Origin: an uncultured candidate division Zixibacteria bacterium
GTDB taxonomy: Bacteria > Zixibacteria > MSB-5A5 > UBA10806
Assembly: GCA_963817915.1 (NCBI GenBank)
Contig: CAWFQL010000018.1
Coordinates: forward strand, 1 to 64,000
Direction of reading: 5' to 3'
Length of the DNA: 64,000 nucleotides
The translations under genes were made by a program, and so were the position numbers. The notes beneath the pieces are model-generated. The model was not told the DNA's origin. It saw only the letters and a program-made list of their open reading frames with translations, and did no database searches. Positions within the stretch are counted from its first letter, which is position 1. Each line of letters begins with the position of its first letter. This document shows, piece by piece, positions 44,401 through 55,108 of this stretch.

Positions 44401-46060
44401 CCCTCTGTCGGTGATCGAGGGTGAAAGTCTTTCCGTTCATATTACATCATCCGACCCTGACTCCACACCGCCTGCCATCACCCTGCGGGGAGCCCCTGTT
44501 AACGCTGTTTTGCATGATTCCACCAATGGTAGAGCATCGTTTTTCTATGTGCCGTTGTATAATCAATCCGGCTCTTATGGGTTAACATTCAGAGCCACTG
44601 ATCCGCAGGGCGCTATAGATTCTGAAATTGTGAGCCTTAACGTCATTGAAGCCGGTAATCAACGGCCCCAATTGAGCTTCATGACTAATAGGACAATCAC
44701 CGAAGGCCAGACTCTCATGTTCAATGTCTTTGCATCCGATCCTGATTCTACATACCCCCGTCTGGCTGCTCTTAATTTGCCTCTAAATGCCACATTCGTT
44801 GATTCTTTACACGGAGTTGGATATTTTACATTTACACCGGATTTCACTCAATCGGGAGATTATCAGATTACATTTATGGCAATCGATTCTATGGATTCGA
44901 CTCTAACCGATAATCAGATAGTAGTGATCCACGTTCTGAATTACAATCGAAGACCTGTCTTTTTGCCGGCTGGACCGTTCACTGTCAACGAAGGCGAAAT
45001 TCTTGATTTCAACATAGTCGCCGCCGATCCTGATGGCCAGACTCCTCGGCTGGTTTCAATCCGATTGCCGCGAAACACAATTTTCACCGACAATCATAAC
45101 GGCACCGGCAGCATTAACTTTGCCCCTGATTTCAATCAGGCTGGTCTGGATTCAATCATGATATCGGCTATCGATAGTCTCGATCCCACTATGAATTCGA
45201 TGCTCAACGTCAGACTGAACATTCTCGATGTCAATCGCCCGCCTGTTCTTGCGCAAATACCGGATACCACAATTGGTGACGGATTCCTGCTGAATTTGCC
45301 GATTGTCGCAACCGATCCCGATTCAACCGTGCCTCTTTTATTCCATCGGGCGTTGCCGGATTCCTCACAATTTATTAACAACAATAATGGCACTGCCACC
45401 TTTAGATGGCGTCCGAGATTCCAGGATATTGGGATTTATCAGATCACCTTCGGGTGTATAGATCGAAATAATTCATCGCTGGTTGATTCTCAAGTTGTCA
45501 CTATCCAGGTTCTTACCGCGGGAAATCACCCGCCTGTGTTTAATCCAATCGCTAATCAGCAATTGCGAGTGCCGGATACCCTAAGTCTCCGAATTATGGC
45601 CAGTGATCTGGAAAATGATCCTCTGACAATCTCATATGAAGGAGTTTTGCCGATTGGCATGGTCTTCTTCGATTCGGGTTCGGGCGCCGCTTCGCTTACA
45701 TGGATTCCTACTATGGACCAGGGCGGCAACTATGAAATCACTCTGGTGGCTTCTGATCCCGCAGGTCTAACCGACACGGCAAGGGCAAATATTCAAGTCA
45801 TCGCCTATATCAGGGGAGATGCCAATGGCAGCGGAACCCTCAATGGTCTCGATGTCGTCTATCTGGTCAATTATTTTAAGGGAACAGGCGATCCGCCGGT
45901 TCCATTCGAGGCCGGCGATGCCAATGGAGATTCGCATGTCAATGGACTTGACGTTGTATATTTGGTTAACTACTTTAAAGGCGGTCCTCCTCCTCCACCG
46001 ATTATGCGCGTGGGGCCGGGATTGAAACCGGGGATGACCACTTTAGGTTCGAGAAATTAG
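32483..46060 (+). CDS. giant (~4,500 aa) tandem cadherin/Ig-like repeat protein with C-terminal dockerin (5 frameshifts)
   Basis: Signal peptide; roughly 47 units of ~93-95 aa (PPV..I..Q.V.EG...DPDG...F.PDF.QAG.Y) continuing in register across five ORFs; ends GDANGSG / GDANGDS. Confidence 0.85.
32840..35628 (+). repeat. 10 near-identical 279-bp intragenic tandem repeats
   Basis: Unit starts recur at 32840, 33119, 33398, 33677 and so on. Confidence 0.9.
37315..40386 (+). repeat. second array of 11 related 279-bp repeats
   Basis: Unit starts at 37315, 37594, 37873 and so on; same consensus, more diverged. Confidence 0.85.
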
Positions 46061-46070
46061 GAATGTTTTT

Positions 46071-47534
46071 ATGAAGATGGCTCGAACGATTCTTATCATT
46101 GCGATGACCTGCTATTCGATGCTCCATTCCGGAGTTGCGAATGCTGATCAGGCCACCGACGTATATGAGATATCGTTCGGGCCATCGACTATTGAAGCGG
46201 ATCCCGGTAATCCCGCTCTATTAGTTCCGATAGCTATAAGTACCACTCAACCCGTGGTCAGGATCAATCTGCTTCTGATTTACGATCCAATTCTAGTCAC
46301 TCCTACAACTATTGCGCCCAGTATGTTCTTTCAGAGTTTCATTTACGACATAAGTATTCCTGGCCGCATCAAGATTAGTATCATTACGGACATGCCCGCC
46401 CCACCGGAAGTTCCGCCCATATCCGGAGATACAACATTTGCCTGGATATCGTTTCGAATAGCTAATGAAGATATAGGTTATGACTATATGACTCATATCT
46501 TCTACTACGAAGATCCCTTTACGCCATTACCTGATAACTATATCATCCTCCAAAATAGCAATTTTATCGCTATTCCGGATTTGTCTCTGCTGCCCGCCGA
46601 TATTATCATAATCCATCCTATCTACGGGGATATCAATGCAAATGGATATGCTTATGAAATTGGAGACGCCGTTACTTTCTTCAATTATTTCATCGGCGAT
46701 ATCCATTTTACTCGCCGGCAATATGCCAATTCCGACTGCAATCGCGACGGCCTGCAGGCGACTATTTCAGACCTGGTCTATCTCTTGAGAATGATCAATG
46801 GCGATATAATTTCATCGATTTCGGATTCAGCCCGATACGGGGCCAATACAAATAGTTCAACCAATCGCATTTCCTCTGATTTCTTGGATTTAGACGAGCT
46901 TAATAAATCTGAAATATATATCGAGAGCGATAAAATGCTCGGAGGCGCTCATATTCAATGCTCGTACGATAATAGCGCTATTACCCCAATGGCAATTGTA
47001 TTAGGCGATGAATCAAATGATCTGGAATTAAACTATGCTATTTCTCCACAGGGAAAGATTGACGTTGTCCTTCTAAATAAGAACTCTTCCGATTTGCCAG
47101 GCTCTCTAAAATCGATAACGATATTCTACAAGGGCCAATTTAGCCAAAATGCGATCAGTATTTCTAATACCGATTACTCCGATTTTAATGGCCGACGAAT
47201 CGACGCTTCCATCAGAATCGATAACTTAAAGGGCTCTAGCCCTAATGCGACTATACCATCTGCGATATCGCTTTCCGGCTATCCCAACCCCTTTAATGCT
47301 GACGTCATGATTGATTATAATCTGCCGAATCCGGGCAACTATCAAATCTGCATTTACGATGTGCTCGGCAGGAAGGTGGCCACCCTCTTCGATGGTTATA
47401 AGGAAGCTGGCCGTAATTCTGTTCACTGGAACGCGCATAATGCCAATTCGGGCAGTCTCTCGAGCGGAATCTACTTTGTGCGCTTATCAGGAGAAAATTC
47501 ATCGAAAAACCTAAAGTTGTTTTATCTTAAATAA
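46071..47534 (+). CDS. secreted cohesin-like + internal dockerin + sorting CTD protein
   Basis: VPIAI..INLLLIYD; GDINANG / SDCNRDG; GYPNPFN...LFYLK. Confidence 0.8.
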   Translation: MKMARTILIIAMTCYSMLHSGVANADQATDVYEISFGPSTIEADPGNPALLVPIAISTTQPVVRINLLLIYDPILVTPTTIAPSMFFQSFIYDISIPGRIKISIITDMPAPPEVPPISGDTTFAWISFRIANEDIGYDYMTHIFYYEDPFTPLPDNYIILQNSNFIAIPDLSLLPADIIIIHPIYGDINANGYAYEIGDAVTFFNYFIGDIHFTRRQYANSDCNRDGLQATISDLVYLLRMINGDIISSISDSARYGANTNSSTNRISSDFLDLDELNKSEIYIESDKMLGGAHIQCSYDNSAITPMAIVLGDESNDLELNYAISPQGKIDVVLLNKNSSDLPGSLKSITIFYKGQFSQNAISISNTDYSDFNGRRIDASIRIDNLKGSSPNATIPSAISLSGYPNPFNADVMIDYNLPNPGNYQICIYDVLGRKVATLFDGYKEAGRNSVHWNAHNANSGSLSSGIYFVRLSGENSSKNLKLFYLK

Positions 47535-47555
47535 CGATTAGCCGCATTTGTCTTT

Positions 47556-50348
47556 GTGGGGAGGAGAGAATCATTGAAATATTCTAAAGAGGGGGTTGTC
47601 GCCGGATTATTTCTGGCATTGATTTGTATTTCAACCGCAAACGCCAATTATCTTCAGCCAGGCGTTCAATACGCCCAAAATAAAATTATTATTGCTATTC
47701 AGCCCCCGTTGGCTCCGATAACGCCAAATTTAATCAATGGTGTTATCTCTACCGGCTTGAATGATATTGATCAGTTAAATCGCCAATATGCGGTCTCTGT
47801 AATGTGGCCGCTTTTCCCAAAGGCAGAAAAGCACGGCGAACCGGCCATGGCAGGTTATTACTCCATAACATTCAATAATACCGCAGACCTTGAATCAGTC
47901 CTCGCTGAATATGCCAAACTCACATCAATTGAGCATGTGGAACCTGTGGGCATTCATCGAACTAATTTTAATCCTAATGACCCGCTGATCAGCAATCAAT
48001 GGGCAATAAATAAAATTGCAGCAAGACAAGCTTGGGATATTACACAAGGCAGCGCCGATATAGCACTTGGAATTGCTGATACCGGCGTCGATTGGGATCA
48101 TCCTGACCTGAACGACAATATCTGGGTCAATTCAGGAGATCCCTCCAATGGCGTCGATGACGACGGCAACGGCTATGTCGACGATTTTCACGGCTGGGAT
48201 TGGGTAAATGGTGTCGATGGGGCGCCGGGCGAAGATGACCAGACTCCTGATAATAACCCTATGGATTTTAATGGCCACGGCACTCATGTTTCCGGAATAG
48301 CCTCGGCGGAAACAAATAACGCGTTGGGCGTAGCAGGAATTGGTTTTAATTGTAAAATAATGGCTCTTAGAATCGGCTGGGAGGCAACCGACGGTCTGGG
48401 ATATGTCCAGATGGATTTTGCAGCCGCGGCCCTCTATTATGCCGCCAATGAAGGTGCCAGGGCGGTAAATTGCTCCTGGAGTTCCTCAAACTCCGGCGGT
48501 ATTGCTACCGCGGCCAATTATGCTACTAGTCATAATGTTGTTCTTGTCTCGGCCGCAGGCAACGATGGCAACACTGTTGCGTCCTACTTATGCGGAAGAA
48601 GCGATGTTATCGCGGTTGCCGCGACCGATCAATACGATCACAAGGCAACATTCTCCAACTATGGTAGCTGGGTTGATGTTTCTGCTCCCGGTGTGACTAT
48701 TTATTCTACTATTTTTAATAATACGTATGATTACATGGATGGCACCTCGATGGCCGCCCCTTATGTTACCGGGCTCGTGGGGCTCATAGCTTCGGTTAGC
48801 CCCGGAATGTCTCGCTCTGCGATTCAGACTAGAATAATTAATACAACTGTCGATATAGACGCGCTTAATCCAGGCTATGCAAATCTTTTGGGTAGCGGCA
48901 GGATAAACGCTTATAACGCAGTCAATGGACTGATACCTGCCCCGCCGGTTCCGACACCTTATTCACCAATAGGCAGTGTTTTTGTCAGCCAGCGCTTTCC
49001 CGTTTTTTATTGGAGCAGTGTCTCGGGAGCAATCGGATACAATATTCAGATTGATCAGGATTCTCAATTCAATTCTCCCGACGTTGACAATTCATCGATT
49101 ACCGATACGACATTCACATCCAATGTCAGCCTGGCAGATGGTAATTGGTATTGGAGAATACGTTCAGGAAATGGTGCCTGGTCTAATTTTTCAAGCACTC
49201 AAAGCTTCCGGGTTGACGCCAGTCCCCCTCAGACAACGACCCTTTTAACTCCGCCCCATGGACATTGGATGACAACCAGAGTGCCTTATTTCAGTTGGCA
49301 AACAGTGTCTGACCCGGGCGGCTCAGGTCTGGCAAAATATTATTTTCAAATTGATACAGATTCAATTTTCGCCAACCCGATTTACCTTTCCGATTCGACC
49401 ACATTTGCAAATTATGCCCCGCAAACTGAGCTTGATGACAATCAGCGTTACTATTGGAGAGTTAGGGCGCGTGACAATGCCGGTAATTACTCGAACTATG
49501 CTTCGAGCGTTTTCGGGATTGATAATTCGGCTCCGCTTTCGCCAATTGGTTTTTCGGTTTCACCATCCGGCTGGAGCAATAATTCCAATTTCAACCTTCA
49601 GTGGACCAATCCGGTTGAATTATCTGGAGTCGCTAAAGGATTGTACAAAATCGGCAATTTACCAATTTCTAACATGGACACGACCGGAAGTGTCGATCGA
49701 AATCCGCCCCAAACGATTTCTATTGCCAATAACGGGCCGAATCGCGTGAGTTTCTGGTTGCAGGATTCTGTTGGTAATGTGGATTATAGCACATATCGGC
49801 AGGATACAATATACTTCGATAATATCCCGCCGTCCGGTTGCATGGCAAGCTCGCCCGGAACATCAGGGAATCTGCTTTTCACTGTCGCCTGGTCTGCGGG
49901 ATCGGATGATCTCTCGGGCCCGGCTATTCTATTTGATGTCAATTATAAAGATGGGGCAGGCGCCTGGACCCCCTGGCTTGACCATTTCCCGGGCTCTTCC
50001 AGCCAGTTTACAGGCGTTCACAACCACACATATTATTTTGAGGCAAGGGTTTATGATAATGCCGGTAACGCCGAACCATTTACCGGTATCGCTGAATCCC
50101 AAACCCTGATTGATACCTTTTTTGTCGGACCGTCTTTCATACCAGGCGATGCCAACAATGACGGTGCCCTTAATGGTATCGATGTGATTTACCTCGTGAA
50201 TTATTTCAAAGGGCTTGTCCCGCCGCCCGACCCATATTTGGCGGCAGATGCCAACGGTTCCTGTGCCGTCAATGGTCTTGACGTTACCTATCTTGTCAAT
50301 TATTTCAGGGGGGCAGGCCCGGCACCTTTCGCCGGAAATTGCCGGTAA
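47556..50348 (+). CDS. S8 subtilisin-like serine protease with Ig/Fn3-like domains and C-terminal dockerin
   Basis: DTG, HGTHVSG, AAGN, GTSMAAP; GDANNDG / ADANGS; exact start uncertain. Confidence 0.9.
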   Translation: MGRRESLKYSKEGVVAGLFLALICISTANANYLQPGVQYAQNKIIIAIQPPLAPITPNLINGVISTGLNDIDQLNRQYAVSVMWPLFPKAEKHGEPAMAGYYSITFNNTADLESVLAEYAKLTSIEHVEPVGIHRTNFNPNDPLISNQWAINKIAARQAWDITQGSADIALGIADTGVDWDHPDLNDNIWVNSGDPSNGVDDDGNGYVDDFHGWDWVNGVDGAPGEDDQTPDNNPMDFNGHGTHVSGIASAETNNALGVAGIGFNCKIMALRIGWEATDGLGYVQMDFAAAALYYAANEGARAVNCSWSSSNSGGIATAANYATSHNVVLVSAAGNDGNTVASYLCGRSDVIAVAATDQYDHKATFSNYGSWVDVSAPGVTIYSTIFNNTYDYMDGTSMAAPYVTGLVGLIASVSPGMSRSAIQTRIINTTVDIDALNPGYANLLGSGRINAYNAVNGLIPAPPVPTPYSPIGSVFVSQRFPVFYWSSVSGAIGYNIQIDQDSQFNSPDVDNSSITDTTFTSNVSLADGNWYWRIRSGNGAWSNFSSTQSFRVDASPPQTTTLLTPPHGHWMTTRVPYFSWQTVSDPGGSGLAKYYFQIDTDSIFANPIYLSDSTTFANYAPQTELDDNQRYYWRVRARDNAGNYSNYASSVFGIDNSAPLSPIGFSVSPSGWSNNSNFNLQWTNPVELSGVAKGLYKIGNLPISNMDTTGSVDRNPPQTISIANNGPNRVSFWLQDSVGNVDYSTYRQDTIYFDNIPPSGCMASSPGTSGNLLFTVAWSAGSDDLSGPAILFDVNYKDGAGAWTPWLDHFPGSSSQFTGVHNHTYYFEARVYDNAGNAEPFTGIAESQTLIDTFFVGPSFIPGDANNDGALNGIDVIYLVNYFKGLVPPPDPYLAADANGSCAVNGLDVTYLVNYFRGAGPAPFAGNCR

Positions 50349-50419
50349 TTGGCAAAATGAAGGCGACTTTCGTTGGATTTTGGACCCCGGAAAATCAAGT
50401 TTTCCCCATGATTATTATC

Positions 50420-50448
50420 TTGACACTTGGGGCCCTGATATTTATATT
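50420..50448 (+). promoter_or_regulatory. sigma70-type promoter candidate
   Basis: TTGACA-17-TATATT, ~300 nt upstream of 50757. Confidence 0.55.
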
Positions 50449-50756
50449 TGGGTTAGCATTTATGGCAGGGATCGAAGCTAAAAAAATATACGAGATCCCC
50501 GTCAAATGTATCAACATCGTGCTTTTCTAAAATGCTTCGCTTGAGGAGTAAAACGCTCCGTTAAGTCATGTTAAATTAAAAAATTGAATGATGCGTACAG
50601 CGTTCTTTGTAAAATTCAAACATCAGATAAGGAGGTGCTTCAGGGCAATTGTTTTGTAATTTGCCTTTTTAACTTCAAACCATAGAAACAAGGAAATCAG
50701 GAAATCTTCGTTTTGAAAGTTTGATATTCCTAAATATCATTTAGGAGAAAGGCGAT

Positions 50757-53700
50757 ATGAAAAAAATCTTAGTTTTAAGCTTGTCATTAATGTTGCTTTG
50801 TTGTTGGATTGCTGCATACGCGGCGCCGACTAAAAACAACCAAAATCCATTAGTTACGAACAATCCGATTGTAACTAAATCGATTGAAAAACAAGCCGTA
50901 CAGCCGGTGCTTTCACAAGCTCCAAAGAGCAACGTGGAAAGAGTAGCTGCCGACAAAGCAGTAAAGGATGAGAACTCAAACGCACCAGTTCCTCCTCCAG
51001 ATCCCAATGTAATTCTTCAGGGCGGAGATGACTTCGCAAGTGCGACCGTCATCGGCGCGCTGCCATATATGGATAATGGAACTACTACCGGCATGACCCC
51101 CAATTATACGGTTTGCGGATATACAGTAGCTCCTGACGTCGTGTACTCTTATACTCCGGCCTCAAATATTTCCATAAAGGTTACCTTGTGCACCGGCACA
51201 ACTTGGGATACGGCTATCGGCGTAAATACTGATCCTACAACTCAAATCGCCTGCAATGACGATTTCTGCGGATTAGTATCTGAGTTAAGCTCCGTTAGTC
51301 TCACTGGCGGAGTCACCTACTACATCATCATTAAGGGTTATAGTACTTATAATGGTCCTTACCAGATCAACGTGACCGAAGTGGTCGCACTCACTCCCGA
51401 TGTTAGCGTGACTTTACCTGCGGAATTGCCATATTCCAACACCAATACCAATTGCGGTCTTGGCAATAGACAGAGCACTACCTGCCTTGGTAGCTATGAT
51501 GGTGGTGAAGACATCACTTATCAAGTCACTTTAACCGCTCCATTGTCTCTGAATATCGTACTGGATCCTGGAGCATCCGATTATACCGGTATGGCTATCA
51601 GCGACGCATTCCCGCTCGGCGCAACTTGTATCGCGACTTCCACCAATTCCGGCGTCGGTGCCCATGGTTTCTACGGCCTAAGCTTGGCCGCAGGTACCTA
51701 TTACATCATGATCGATACTTGGCCAACCCCCAATTGCATCCCATCATTTACATTGTCTATTCAAGAGAATACTACAATTCCTCCGCCTAATGATGCATGC
51801 GCTGATGTCACTCCGGTCGGAATAACTGTCAATGTTCCAACAACAGTGACAGGCACAACCGATGGAGCAACTTCCAACGATTGCGCTACATTCCCTGGCT
51901 ACCCGCTGGTATGGGAAGCCTTCACTACTACTGAAGCCATGGATATTACCATTGATATGTGCGGCTCCGGTTCCCAGTATGGATTGATGTACTTCTACCT
52001 GACAACTGATTGCGCTTGCACAGCCATCATTCCAAATAATGGTTATAATTGGACTACTTGCGCAGATCTTAACCCCACATGGGTATTCTACAACGTTCCT
52101 GCTGGCACATATTATGTGCCGATCATTTATGATCCGGCCAACGGCAATCAGGGACCCTACCAGATGACCTTCCTCGGCACTCCCCCCCCTGGGCCGCCAG
52201 CTAATGACGCTTGCGCTACCGCGGAAGCTATTGGCGATGTGACCGGCTTAGCTTGGAGCACGCTAGCCGCTACAGCCGATGGTATCGGTACTTGCATTAC
52301 AACCCCTGACATTTGGTACGTTTACACCGCGTCAACTACCGGACTCATTCGTGCCAGCTTATGCGGTTCAGCATTCGATACCAAATTGGCGGTATACGAT
52401 GGTAATAGCTGCAGCCCATTGCCGACCGAATTAGGTTGCAATGACGATTTCTGCGGTTTACAATCTCAGCTCGATTTCCAGGGTGTTCTTGGAGAAGAGT
52501 ATTTGATTCAAGTCGGTGGCTATTCTGGTTCTGGAACCGGCGTATTGACAGTCGGTCCTCCTCCTCCTCCTCCGCCAAACGATCTCTGCACAGACGTTAC
52601 CCCCGTTCCGCTGCCGCTCGGCTCAACTCTTACATTCAACGGTACAACAGTAAATTCCAACAATGATTGCGCTTTGTTAGGTACATATAACCAGGTTTGG
52701 GAAGCTTTTACAATTTCCTCACCTGCGAATGTTACCGTCGATTTCTGCACAACAGTTGGCTTTACAAATTATTATTGGGTACTGGTTCAGGGTTGTCCTT
52801 GCGGAAGTTATATCCTTCGCACCAACTACGATTACACAACTTGCGGCGATGGTCAAATAACTTTCTGGTTTGATAACCTACCTTCCGGAACCTACTATCT
52901 GCCCGTACTGGGTCTAGCCGGATCAGCCGATGGCCCATATACGGTTCATATTTCCGCGGCCGCGTCTCCGCAGCCGGTTTTTGGAGTAGATCCTACTTCG
53001 ATTACTGCGACTGTGGATCCCGGATGATATTGCCACCCAGGCATTATCAGTTACAAATAGCGGCACATCCCCATTGACATTCACAGCCGGCATTTCGATT
53101 GATGCTCCTCCAGTTCCAGGTTCAGTACCTCGCAACGATTATTCTAATCCATCTTCTGCTATTCGCTCAATCGATAAGAACTTTATTACCACCCCAACCG
53201 GTCCGAGTGGATGGTTACCATCATCTGCGACTGATTATTTCACAGAAACATTCTCTGATGGCGATTACACCACCAATCCGGCTTGGACAGCAAACAATGC
53301 CAGCACAAACCCGGCGTCTTATTGGACAGTCGTAACCGATCCATGGACATACATGACTCCTCCGATGACAAATCATGGAACCGGTTTCTTCGCGGCATCT
53401 AACGCTGATGCCGGCGGTTCCGGCTCAATTACCGATGAAAGACTTTCTGCTTCATTCACCGGTAACGGCGCGGGATACCTCGGATTGTCATTCTGGCTCG
53501 GCTACAGAGCTTTAGGCGATTATTTTGAGGTCTTGATTGACGGTGCCCAGGTTGCGATATACACCACAACTACAACGGGACCGCAGCTCATTGATGTTTC
53601 CGCCTATAATGACGGAGCTCCTCACACATTAACTATGCATTTCTATTCTGAGTGGGGCTGGTGGGCCGCGTTTGACGACGTAGTTATCACCGATGTCGCA

Positions 53701-54855
53701 CCCATGGGAAAATGCTGTTATGGCGATCCAGGTGCGCCTTCTTGTGCTGATAATTCACAGGCAGAGTGCAATGCTCTACAGGGTCTCTGGACAATGGGCG
53801 AAACCTGCGCAGGCAATCCGTGCCCGTCGGTTCAAGGTTGCGCTCCCGGTACCAACGTATTCGGTCAGCCTCCAATGCCGTCTGATGGCGCTTGGACATT
53901 CGTGACAACTGATATCGAATCTCCTGGTCCATACCTCGCATACGATAATTTTGCCGGCGCATACGGCGAAGTTACCGCGGTCAAATTCTGGATTGCGGAT
54001 CTATTCTACAGCGGCGGATGGGGAGAATGCGATAAGCCAGATCCAGCTGCATTCCAAATTAAGTTCTATGAAGATGCAGCCGGAATGCCCGGTACTGAAG
54101 TCGCTTCGTATGATGTCTCAGTTTCCCCAGTTCTCGGAGAAATGTATTCTGGCGTTTACCAGCAGAAAGAGTACACAGCTACTCTTCCGACACCAGTCTC
54201 CTTGTCTAATGGTTGGATTTCCATTCAGGGTGCCGATATTGGCGCCAGCTGCTGGATGTTGTGGCTTAATTCCTCTGAAGCCGGTACTGCGGTACAATGG
54301 GATGGCACAGCCTTCGTCCAGCTCGCTTACAATCTGGCGTTCTGCTTGATCGGTACACCGGTCCAGCCATGGCTTGCTATTGATGTCAACTCTGGCACAA
54401 TCAACCCTGGCGATCCAGCCGTAGTAGTTACTGCCACCATGAATTCCACTGGCTTGGCTAATGGAACCTATCATGGTAGAGTTAACTTTAACACCAACGA
54501 AGTTGGCCTGTTAATTCACGAAGTTCCTGTTACCTTCACAGTCGGTGGCGGCGGATGCGAGTATATCATTGGCGATGCTAATGGTAGCAATAGCTTCAAC
54601 GGCCTCGACGTTACTTACAGCGTTAACTACTTCAAGGGTGGCGCTGCTCCGCCGTTCTCTTGCGAGTGCACTCCAGGCAACATCTGGTTTGTTACTGGCG
54701 ACGTTAACGGCAGCTGTTCGTTCAATGGTCTCGATGTGACCTACATGGTCAACTACTTCAAGGGCGGCGCGAATCCTATTCCTTGCGCTTCCTGCCCGCC
54801 TGCAGGTGTAGCCGCATCCACACCGCATACCAATACGAGCAACAGCGGTCAATAA
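50757..54855 (+). CDS. large Cys-rich secreted repeat protein (PPC-like beta modules) with C-terminal dockerin (frameshift at ~53020)
   Basis: Signal peptide; repeated PPND.C and CNDDFCGL modules; continues in ORF 53074-54855 ending GDANGSN / GDVNGS. Confidence 0.8.
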
Positions 54856-54896
54856 GACTTAAATAGCAAGACTGTAAAGTCTTGGTATTAAGCAAT

Positions 54897-54931
54897 AATC
54901 GGGTCTTCCAAACGGAAGGCCCGATTTTTTT
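54897..54931 (+). terminator. rho-independent terminator closing the cluster
   Basis: AATCGGGTCTTCC-aaac-GGAAGGCCCGATT plus T tract; preceded by a second hairpin CAAGACT-gtaa-AGTCTTG. Confidence 0.85.
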
Positions 54932-55025
54932 GATGCCTATCGCCATATGCCATTTTGGCAGTGGTCTGTCAATCGTCAATAGCGCCCCGTAACCATTTAA
55001 TATACAAGCAGATACCTTTTTTTAT

Positions 55026-55054
55026 TTGACATTGCAGGTCAATTAAGGTATTAT
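55026..55054 (+). promoter_or_regulatory. sigma70-type promoter
   Basis: TTGACA-17-TATTAT. Confidence 0.65.
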
Positions 55055-55108
55055 AGACGGTCGATTTATGGGATATTCAAACCATTAAAGAAGGTTTTAA
55101 GGTAGATA

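Noticed and set aside
33266..45399. Numerous repeated antisense ORFs (MKSGLNT..., MTNSAG...)
   Set aside because: Shadow ORFs produced by the repetitive sense-strand coding sequence
25005..54855. Classical cellulosome
   Set aside because: No glycoside hydrolase or CBM3 was recognised in the cluster, and the neighbouring GH35-like protein lacks both a signal peptide and a dockerin
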